A DNA stretch of 64,000 nucleotides from Candidatus Thorarchaeota archaeon. Lineage in GTDB: Archaea; Asgardarchaeota; Thorarchaeia; Thorarchaeales; Thorarchaeaceae. Below are positions 28,882-37,284 of the stretch, piece by piece (the first letter of the stretch is position 1; every line of letters begins with the position of its first letter). The position numbers and the translations under genes are program-made. Location of the stretch: assembly GCA_004524445.1 (NCBI GenBank), contig SDNP01000016.1, positions 1 to 64,000 on the forward strand. The letters run 5' to 3'. The notes below the pieces were generated by a model that was given only the letters and a program-made list of their open reading frames with translations, was not told the DNA's origin and ran no database searches.

Positions 28882-29988
28882 ATGTCGAAATTTGATGTCA
28901 TGAAGTGGTTACTGTTCAATTCGGGACCAATCATCAGATTTAGAACCATGACGGATCTATTAGCGTCAAATGATATTCAGGAAGTCAGCAAAGCCATAGA
29001 GGATGTGCTTTCCAGTCAAATGGTAGAGCAATGGCTTCCTCAACTAAACAACGGCATTGGTTTCGAAGATATACATTCGAGCAACCCCGAGTCTATCGAA
29101 AATACACTCTACAAGCTGGGTCAACTGGGCATGAAGGCTGGTTTCCAGCCATTTGATAGCCATACACTCGCATATAGGGTGTGGCTCTCTGACAGAATTT
29201 CAAGTCCAGCTGTTTCATTCCATGAGCAACTAATGCGGACTATTATGGCAGCATCCCTTGCAAATGCAGGATACGGGAATATCAGTCCAGTTCAAGCAGT
29301 ACTCAAATCACGACTAGAAACGATTGCTCGATTCGTGAGTTCTTTTGACTCGAAGAATATCTATGCAGATAGCTCTGAGTACGAGATTCCGAAGGCAAGA
29401 AGCAATTGGAAACTGATCAATCCGGTTCTCTACCGCGAAAGTTCATTCCCTCTACCCTGGATACACGATTTGGTAGGCGTTGCAAAGGTTCAGGATTTTC
29501 GCAATGATAGCAGCTCGGTGAGAAAAATCAACAGCGTATGCAAGGCCATATTACGCGATGAATATCAAGAACTGCCAACTGGCTACGGGTTAGTAAGAGA
29601 GCATGGGAGGTATTATGTAAGCGGGTGGAGTGTCCATCTACCCTACTTCGAGAGGTTCACGGATGGAAAAGGTGATTCACATGATATGCTGGATGGTGCA
29701 AAACTCCTATTATGGCTCGAACTTCTTTCGCCACTTCCTGTAATATGTCAAAGTGATTGGTTTCAGAATGCGGTTCTATTCCTGGAGATATATCGGACTC
29801 GATACGACACTTACATTTTCCCCCGAGAATGGCTCAGAGAAAAAGGATCGGGATATTGGATCAATGGCGCGTATATGGCATTTCAGAGAGGTGGAAGAAA
29901 TCGAAAAGTCATAGAATGCGAGTCCACGTTTAGGATGTTGAAACTGAAACATCAGGCGAGGTTGTCGCGAGCTTCTGGCGTCTCTTAA
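28882..29988 (+). CDS. Hypothetical protein (helical, aromatic-rich)
   Basis: 368-aa ORF; 3' end overlaps the convergent gene by 59 bp. Confidence 0.75.
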   Translation: MSKFDVMKWLLFNSGPIIRFRTMTDLLASNDIQEVSKAIEDVLSSQMVEQWLPQLNNGIGFEDIHSSNPESIENTLYKLGQLGMKAGFQPFDSHTLAYRVWLSDRISSPAVSFHEQLMRTIMAASLANAGYGNISPVQAVLKSRLETIARFVSSFDSKNIYADSSEYEIPKARSNWKLINPVLYRESSFPLPWIHDLVGVAKVQDFRNDSSSVRKINSVCKAILRDEYQELPTGYGLVREHGRYYVSGWSVHLPYFERFTDGKGDSHDMLDGAKLLLWLELLSPLPVICQSDWFQNAVLFLEIYRTRYDTYIFPREWLREKGSGYWINGAYMAFQRGGRNRKVIECESTFRMLKLKHQARLSRASGVS

Positions 29989-31045
29989 GGCTCATGCCTC
30001 TGAAAAGTAATGATAAGAATCGGTTCTTTGAAATGACGTACCTAGCTACAAAAAGAGAAATCGAGAATGCAAGCAGAAACTCAATACCCCATAGGAGTGG
30101 CAAATACTCAACAGGTACCAGAAATGGAATACCGATTATCAGTGAAAGCACAGGGAAAAGGTAGAAGATTATTGGATGTATCTCATAGATTTCTTGAGCT
30201 CTTCTTCCAAAATCCTGCAACGCATTGGCAATGCCATCCAGATTTGTCAATGAATTAGAGATAGCGAAGACCAAGATAGAACCGACTACACCATTTGCCA
30301 TATACAACATGATGTTGTTTCCGAATCGGTCCATAGCAATATCTGTGAAACCATTCAGCGTTGACGTGAGAATGAGGACCATTGATAGAAGGAAGAAGAT
30401 AATGGTGTCTAGCGTCCTGGAATTAAATGTCCATGGTGCAATGCCCTTGAACCGGCGCATTTCATTTCCTATGAAAATGAATGCCACTGCAACCAATACA
30501 GCGCTGAATCTCCACGGAACTAAAAGGGGATAGAACCATGAGCGAATCGACATGGATATGATGGGCAATCCAATAATCATAGTCCATCTTAATTTCGGGG
30601 AGGAGGATTGCAGAGCTTTGTCAATCACAGCAAATAGAACGAGAGCAAAAAATAGCACCTGAAGGAACCAAAGGTGAGTCGATGAGTCTGGAGGGCCCGC
30701 TCCATAAGCGAACCAGAATAGAAGCTGCTCTCCAGTGAGGTAAGTATCAATACCTGCATCCAGTGGTATGAAGAGCGCAATCATGAGGAGATATAAGCTG
30801 ATATAGGGAATCATCAATTGCCTGCCACGTTTAGTTAGCAATTTGCGAATATTCTTCCGGTACTTCTTGCTATTGTATGTTAGTCCAGTGACGATGAAGA
30901 ACAAGGGGATAGTAAAACTGCTCAGATGTGTCGTTATGGGATTAATAATCGGGATTATCACATGGACCAATATAACAAAGAGGATAGCGATGCCCTTGGC
31001 TATGTCAAGCCAATCCTCATGAACCTGATCGACTTTGTCATTCAA
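29930..31045 (-). CDS. Acyltransferase-3 (OafA-like) membrane protein
   Basis: WLDIAKGIAILFVILVH, F.IPLFF.VTG, LWFL, IYEIH. Confidence 0.9.
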   Translation of the reverse strand: MNDKVDQVHEDWLDIAKGIAILFVILVHVIIPIINPITTHLSSFTIPLFFIVTGLTYNSKKYRKNIRKLLTKRGRQLMIPYISLYLLMIALFIPLDAGIDTYLTGEQLLFWFAYGAGPPDSSTHLWFLQVLFFALVLFAVIDKALQSSSPKLRWTMIIGLPIISMSIRSWFYPLLVPWRFSAVLVAVAFIFIGNEMRRFKGIAPWTFNSRTLDTIIFFLLSMVLILTSTLNGFTDIAMDRFGNNIMLYMANGVVGSILVFAISNSLTNLDGIANALQDFGRRAQEIYEIHPIIFYLFPVLSLIIGIPFLVPVEYLPLLWGIEFLLAFSISLFVARYVISKNRFLSLLFRGMSLKRRQKLATTSPDVSVSTS

Positions 31046-31273
31046 CTTACCGTGACAACTCCCAGTACCGCTCCAACATGAGCTCTTCTCAGCTGTTGTG
31101 ATTCGGGGAAGTTTTTAATATTCCCCATTTAGGATAATTCGTTTAGTAGTCGCTTTCTACATTTCAAAAAGAATTTCCCGATTCCATATGGTTTTTTTCT
31201 GCCATGTCGCCTCAGGTTTTAGATAGGATATGCCTTAAGTAGGATATAGATAATCATATGATAGGCGAACGAA

Positions 31274-32845
31274 ATGGCTAGAAAGTACTCTTTTCTGTTT
31301 GTTTTCTCATTACTTGCCCTCTCTCTAGTTGGAGTGCCTATTGCAGGATGGAATAGTGCTGTCTTGGACGACCAACTTGAAACTCAGGTTATTGAAGCAG
31401 AAGGAGCCTTCCCAAGGGGCCCGACAGTTCATATGGTGAACAAGACTGCAGCCATGATTTACTGGAAAACGGACACGGATACCAATGCCATCGTGAACTA
31501 TGGCAATGCAGCAGATAACTTGGATTCAAGTGTAGAAAACTCAACTCTCAGTACAGAACACCGCGTCTGGATTGACGGTCTGACTGCTGGGACCACTGTG
31601 TACTACGAAGCAGTTTCTGATGGTACAGCCAGCGAGGTCTATCATTTTAAGACTGAGCCGGAAGATGGTTCACCTTTCAAGCTCATTGCACTGGGCGACC
31701 CCCAGCCTATAGCAGACATTGAACCGGAGCAGTCTGAAATATTCAAGGAATTCATGATGATGGTGCGGGATGAAGAGCCCCATCTCATAATAATACTAGG
31801 TGACTATGTGCACGAGTTGTCAGACACAGACGAGAGCTATAATGACCTCTGCTGGAATAACTTCCTCGATGCTAGTGAAACGGCAGGTCACTATGCGCCG
31901 ATCTATGGTGTCATCGGAAACCATGATACAATGTCAGGAGACCGTTATGCAGATGGTTTTCTGAGTGCCTTTCAGCAGCACGGTGGTGATTCTACGTATT
32001 TCTCATTCGATTATGCAGGAGTTCATTTCACATTTCTAGACAGTGAGATGCCTGAATATCAAGGTAGAATTGCTGGAGCCCAGTATGACTGGCTGGTAGA
32101 TGATTTGGAAAACACGGACAAAGAAATCAAATATGTGGTTGTACATCAGCCGATGTATCCGGTCAGCGCCAGACGTAGCTCCTTGGATAGGAATCGTACA
32201 GAACGGGACCGCTTACAGAATCTGTTTGAAGAACACAATGTAACCGCATTTCTCGCTGGACATGATCATGTTTTCCAGAGGATAACTGTAAATGAGGTTA
32301 TACATGTAACTTCCGCTGGTGCTGGACCAAAGCTTTACCATACTCCGTGGGGCGGTGATTTTAATCACTATACGCGATGGAATGTTTCGTCCGTCCGGAT
32401 CGAGATGGAATGCATTAAACCAGATGGGCAAGTGGCTGAAACATATACACTCCCATACGAAGGGCATATTGAGATTGTATTGCGTAGATGTTTCAACACA
32501 TCAGCTGGTCAGCCAGATGAGGCCCCCTTGATTCTCTTTAGCGAGGTTCCTGAGGAGGAGTATTATTCGTGGGACGGTGGTGCCAACAGCACTGACCTAG
32601 GAACATTTCCCGATACTAATGGACTTCATACACTTGATGTATATGCCAAGGGTTCGGATGGAGTCTGGAATCACAAATACTACGAATTTGATACAGTTGG
32701 CGGTGAAGAAACAGACACGGATACGGATACAACCACTACGCCTCCACCCACTGGTATCAATCCACTTCTCATTACGGGTGTGATTGGAGTGGCGGTAGTA
32801 ATAGTGATTATCGTTGTATACAGAATGAAAGCGGGCAGCACGTAA
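31274..32845 (+). CDS. Membrane-anchored purple acid phosphatase-like metallophosphoesterase with FN3 domain
   Basis: Signal peptide, FN3 (LTAGTTVYY), GD, GDYV, GNHD, GHDH; Thr-rich linker and C-terminal TM. Confidence 0.9.
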   Translation: MARKYSFLFVFSLLALSLVGVPIAGWNSAVLDDQLETQVIEAEGAFPRGPTVHMVNKTAAMIYWKTDTDTNAIVNYGNAADNLDSSVENSTLSTEHRVWIDGLTAGTTVYYEAVSDGTASEVYHFKTEPEDGSPFKLIALGDPQPIADIEPEQSEIFKEFMMMVRDEEPHLIIILGDYVHELSDTDESYNDLCWNNFLDASETAGHYAPIYGVIGNHDTMSGDRYADGFLSAFQQHGGDSTYFSFDYAGVHFTFLDSEMPEYQGRIAGAQYDWLVDDLENTDKEIKYVVVHQPMYPVSARRSSLDRNRTERDRLQNLFEEHNVTAFLAGHDHVFQRITVNEVIHVTSAGAGPKLYHTPWGGDFNHYTRWNVSSVRIEMECIKPDGQVAETYTLPYEGHIEIVLRRCFNTSAGQPDEAPLILFSEVPEEEYYSWDGGANSTDLGTFPDTNGLHTLDVYAKGSDGVWNHKYYEFDTVGGEETDTDTDTTTTPPPTGINPLLITGVIGVAVVIVIIVVYRMKAGST

Positions 32846-32931
32846 AGGGCGTTAGATGCGCACTCCCTCAATAAAATCCACACAACCGCCTTGGTAAGGT
32901 TTAAAACATTCCAGAGTGCGCACATCAATCA

Positions 32932-33038
32932 GCGCTCGTTGTCTAGAGGCTATGATGTGACCCTGCCAATGTGTGGGGACAATCTCTCCGGACCGTAGAA
33001 CGGTCGCGGCCCGGGTTCAAATCCCGGCGAGCGCACCA
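32932..33038 (+). tRNA. tRNA-Gly(GCC) with 32-nt intron at 37/38 (32969-33000)
   Basis: Cloverleaf, CUGC/GUAG central helix, encoded CCA. Confidence 0.94.
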
Positions 33039-33061
33039 CTTCTTTTAACAATCCAAAGTAT

Positions 33062-34162
33062 TCAACTCTCTTCTTGTTTCTTCTCCAGCAGAATCGAATA
33101 CAGCTCTTCAGTGGTTTTTGGCGGAACTTTGACTTCCTCTTTCTTTTGTAGCGAGAGAGCATCAGAAGGACAATTGGCAACGCATACTCCGCACCCAATA
33201 CATCGATTAAGGTCGATGACTGCAGTGTCATCTCCAAGGAAAATGGCTTCCATCTGACATTTTTCTACACACGTCCCACAGAATGTACAGAGTTCAGAGT
33301 CTACTTCTGCGAAATAATTTGTAGAATAGAACTTGACCGGTTTCCGAGACATCTTTGATCCAAAGAGAATACCGCAGCAGCAACCACAGCAGCTACAAAT
33401 AAAATCGAGAGTCCTTGCATTGCTAGGTTGTAGGACAAGACCATCTTCTTCATTCTGTCGAAGGATATCTAGTAGTTCCTCTTTGGTCACTTCTCGACCC
33501 CAACCTTCATCAATGTACATTTGGGCATGCTCCCCAAATGCGATGCAGGTTTCTCTTCTATCCGTTGCTTTACACGGATTATCGACTGCATCCATTGCTT
33601 GTCGGCAGACACAATTAGCGACCATAAAGGGACCAGTGGCTTTGTTCAATAATTCTCTAATATTGTCATATGCAGCAATCTCATGAGTGTGGTCTATACT
33701 CTTTCCGACAGGAATAATCCGGAGCTGAGGTAGAGGTGAATAGAACAACTCTTTTCCAAAAGCTTCAATATTGTAGTCCACAATATCAGAGTAGAGTTCA
33801 GCTGTCATTTTGTTCACTTGGAATTCATAGATTCCTATTACCCACTGAACATTACCATAGTATGTAGTGCGTTCTCCCTTTTTGCGGAATATCAGCCCTT
33901 TACTAGCCATAGTATCAAGAGAGGCTTCTAATTTCTCCTTAGAGATGCCAGTAGGCTCTAATCGCTGATGGATCTCATCTATGGTTTCAGATGGGGTCCA
34001 TGAGAATTTCAGATTGGCCGCAATCGCGGCTTCTTGTGGAGTGAACAATCGCTTGAGAATTCGAATTTCTACTCCGGATTCAGTTGCAGGAAAGCCAACA
34101 GGCATGCAGTCGAGGTGCTTCTGGAGGTCACGATAAACTGTTGATTCATCCACTTCTATCAT
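33062..34162 (-). CDS. 4Fe-4S dicluster protein with N-terminal HTH-like domain
   Basis: CVCR, ICSCCGCCCG, CTFCGTCVEKC, CIGCGVCVANCP. Confidence 0.9.
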   Translation of the reverse strand: MIEVDESTVYRDLQKHLDCMPVGFPATESGVEIRILKRLFTPQEAAIAANLKFSWTPSETIDEIHQRLEPTGISKEKLEASLDTMASKGLIFRKKGERTTYYGNVQWVIGIYEFQVNKMTAELYSDIVDYNIEAFGKELFYSPLPQLRIIPVGKSIDHTHEIAAYDNIRELLNKATGPFMVANCVCRQAMDAVDNPCKATDRRETCIAFGEHAQMYIDEGWGREVTKEELLDILRQNEEDGLVLQPSNARTLDFICSCCGCCCGILFGSKMSRKPVKFYSTNYFAEVDSELCTFCGTCVEKCQMEAIFLGDDTAVIDLNRCIGCGVCVANCPSDALSLQKKEEVKVPPKTTEELYSILLEKKQEES

Positions 34163-34280
34163 GATGATGCCCAATAGCTACTAGTCGATCATACTGGTTT
34201 TGTGCTTTTCCTTTTTCTTTAAGATTGTCAAGCCATCAAAGAAGCCCATTTGAAAGCTTTAATGGCTCTCATCTTTGGAA

Positions 34281-34396
34281 GCAGGCCGTACACCAATTTG
34301 GAGCTGTTTGAGTCCTGCAGACACACATGATGAACAAGATTGTACATAGTCATTTTGAGCTGCGGTTTTACATCATCAGCCTGATGGTGTCTTAGG
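34281..34396 (+). ncRNA. Candidate K-turn / box C-D-like small RNA
   Basis: ATGATGA 34327-33 and CTGA 34381-84 closed by AGACA-CA / UG-G-UGUCU; upstream TTTAAT; downstream T-rich tract. Confidence 0.45.
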
Positions 34397-34500
34397 AAGT
34401 ATACATTTCTCTTTCTAGTATTCTACACCTGTTCTGAATGCTACGATGGGATGGATTAATAGGGCTATTTTAGGAGAGACTCTCCGTGTTTGCCAGTTCC

Positions 34501-37284
34501 ATGCAAAGAAAAGGTATGACCCTCATTGGACTATTACTAGCGAATGCCATCTTTACCGGCTTTTTCTTCTACATCGATTCTTATTCCTTGAGCGTATGGG
34601 ACTACGAAACTCATGTGGGGCCAGCCACAATGGTCATCACTGGATCTGAAGTGATTCATCATATTGAGGGCATTCGTGCTCTTCCGACGGTGACTCGGGC
34701 ATCTTATCTTAGAGTTTCAACAGCACAAATCGTTCCGTATAAGACGGAAAATACCACGGCCTCATTTCACGTTGATAGTATTTCGGATGGCAGCCATTTG
34801 CCAGAAGCACTTGCCCCTGTTCCTGAAGAGCTGCTCAATATGACTGTTAGAGCAGTGTGTCTTGATGAGAAGTTTGTTGATCTGTTTCCCACCATCAATA
34901 ATATCACAGCTGGGCATCTACCCACTGGTCCCGCAGAAATTGCCCTGTCAACGTGGGTCGCAAACAGATTTGGCGTAGGTCCTGGTGATATCATAGTGTA
35001 TGAGCATGGAACAAATAGCTACTATACCCAGCTCGACCTTGTTGGAGTTTATGCACATGAAGAGACAGATACAAGAAATCCAAACTACTACACTGTGGCG
35101 GATGTCATTGTGCCAGCAAATCTCATGACAGAAGAAGGTAGAGAGGCCTATTCTTTCGTTGATACAGATAGAGGTGGATTCTCACCATTCTATTCAGATG
35201 TAGCAATATCTTCATTGAGCACTATTGAAGAATCCATCAGAGAACTAGATCCACAGTACAGCCCCGAAAAGCATTCTTTCTTCTATATTGATGATATCCT
35301 AGCCAAAGGAATTCTGAGGTACAATGCGTGGATTGATTCGACAAAGACAACCCAACTCATCAAAGCACAGAGTTTCTATTTGTTTGGAATAATCTGGCTG
35401 GGAATTTCTGTTAGGTTCAATCTAAAAAAAAGGAAAACAATAGACGATTGGTTCAGTGCAAGAGGTGCCTCATCAAGGCAGATTACTACTTATCGGTTAG
35501 GGGAACTAGTACTACTTGCTTCAATATCAGTCCTGCTCTCGATTCCCATTGGATTCCTAACTAGTAGATTTGGTTTTACAATGGATTATCCCCAAAGCAG
35601 TTATGTCCTGCAATACTCTTCTCATTTCTTCATTTCACTGGATTCTATTGTTTCCCTGATGCTACTGGGAATCCTAGGGCCAGTGGTGATGTTAGCTACC
35701 TTCTTAGGGGTTCAAAAAGCTCGAACAGTGGCAATATCTGGCAGTTCTCGATTAGAACGAATTTCTTCTGCTCTCAGGTTATTGCGTTGGGATATCGTAG
35801 TGGTATCTGTATCTTTGATTACACTAGTTGGTTTATGGGAGATTGGGAACTCCATTGCAGGAACACCACTATTGCTGATTTTGCTATATGGAGCCCCTCT
35901 AGCCTTGATTTTGGGATGCACCAGTCTTCTGACAAAGGGCATTGGAGCCCTATCTCGAATTCTTTCACGAGTGTCAAATAGACCAGCTATGGAATTGGGA
36001 CTAAGAAGAACCGGAAGAGATACTACTTCTGCAGGTGCCACTGTTCTAATCGTTACTCTTGCCCTGAGTCTGACTTGGAATGTCGCTGTAATTGACGCAA
36101 CTATTCCACACACAAATTTGGGTCATGCCAGATTTGCCATAGGAGCAGATGTGACTCTTCGATTGGACGAAGATACCAAGTCTCTGTATTATAGCGATTT
36201 GATTCAGAATATATCTTCAAAGCCGCAAGTGGAGGCCCTGACGAGGGTAACAGTCTACGGTTTCTCCCTATCTTCCGAATTACAGGACACGGTCGAATTT
36301 GTTGTTGTAGATCCTCTGGAATATGCAAGAGTGGGATTTGACTCACGAGGCATTCCTATTGAAGATTCACAGTTAATGAATCCCCTACAAGAGCTGGAAA
36401 AGACCACGAAGGGAGCCGTTGTTACCTCAGATATTGCTAGCCGCTTGGACCTTATCATAGGAGATGCTCTTCGTGCATTCCGACAAAATGGCACATTTGT
36501 TGAAACAGTGACTTTCAATGTGGTTGGGATGGTGGATTCCGTGCCAGACAGTATGATTGGGCCGAACGGATATTCACCACCAGTTCCGAACTCAGATTCT
36601 GTATCAGTTGGGAAGGAACGGATTTGGATAACACGTGAATATGCCTCCGATATACTGAACATAGAAGATGCCTCCATGGATTTGATATGCATAAGACTCA
36701 AACCAAACTCGGATGGACAAGCTTTCTTGAATGAAGTTATCGAGTCGGGGGCGCATGAAGCTTTGAATGGCTATGCTGCTGCATCATCGATTGTAAGGGA
36801 AACAACACAAACTGAGCAACTGGTCATAGCACGGTCTCTGAGTTCCTTCTTGTTGGTGTTTGTAATAGCGTCAATTCCATTATCCTATGTTCTTTATTCC
36901 GTTGATATGCTTGAAGAAGATACTGAGCAAGGAGCACTGCTCCGCGCAATGGGAGTGGAAACCTCCTTAGTGAAGCAATCCATGATGATTGAAATGATTG
37001 GAATTTTTGTCCATAGCTTGTTGCTCCTAACTGTATTTGCTCCCATTCAAACCAACAATTCAATGAATATAACCATCATTTCTTCCAATATGGGACTAAG
37101 AGCATTCCCTGTTGCGGTGATCCCGGCGATGCCAATGATACCGCTTGTGATTCTTTTTGCTTTAACAATCGTCTGCGCATTATCTGTTGGCATAGTTTCA
37201 TCGATGAGTATTGTCAAAGAAGACTTGGCTATGATTGTACATAACACATGGGCGGAGAACCTGCAATTCAGGAGGGAGCAATGA
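34501..37284 (+). CDS. FtsX/MacB-like ABC permease
   Basis: Two large extracytoplasmic domains; ARGAS and LLRAMG motifs; about 10 TM. Confidence 0.8.
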   Translation: MQRKGMTLIGLLLANAIFTGFFFYIDSYSLSVWDYETHVGPATMVITGSEVIHHIEGIRALPTVTRASYLRVSTAQIVPYKTENTTASFHVDSISDGSHLPEALAPVPEELLNMTVRAVCLDEKFVDLFPTINNITAGHLPTGPAEIALSTWVANRFGVGPGDIIVYEHGTNSYYTQLDLVGVYAHEETDTRNPNYYTVADVIVPANLMTEEGREAYSFVDTDRGGFSPFYSDVAISSLSTIEESIRELDPQYSPEKHSFFYIDDILAKGILRYNAWIDSTKTTQLIKAQSFYLFGIIWLGISVRFNLKKRKTIDDWFSARGASSRQITTYRLGELVLLASISVLLSIPIGFLTSRFGFTMDYPQSSYVLQYSSHFFISLDSIVSLMLLGILGPVVMLATFLGVQKARTVAISGSSRLERISSALRLLRWDIVVVSVSLITLVGLWEIGNSIAGTPLLLILLYGAPLALILGCTSLLTKGIGALSRILSRVSNRPAMELGLRRTGRDTTSAGATVLIVTLALSLTWNVAVIDATIPHTNLGHARFAIGADVTLRLDEDTKSLYYSDLIQNISSKPQVEALTRVTVYGFSLSSELQDTVEFVVVDPLEYARVGFDSRGIPIEDSQLMNPLQELEKTTKGAVVTSDIASRLDLIIGDALRAFRQNGTFVETVTFNVVGMVDSVPDSMIGPNGYSPPVPNSDSVSVGKERIWITREYASDILNIEDASMDLICIRLKPNSDGQAFLNEVIESGAHEALNGYAAASSIVRETTQTEQLVIARSLSSFLLVFVIASIPLSYVLYSVDMLEEDTEQGALLRAMGVETSLVKQSMMIEMIGIFVHSLLLLTVFAPIQTNNSMNITIISSNMGLRAFPVAVIPAMPMIPLVILFALTIVCALSVGIVSSMSIVKEDLAMIVHNTWAENLQFRREQ

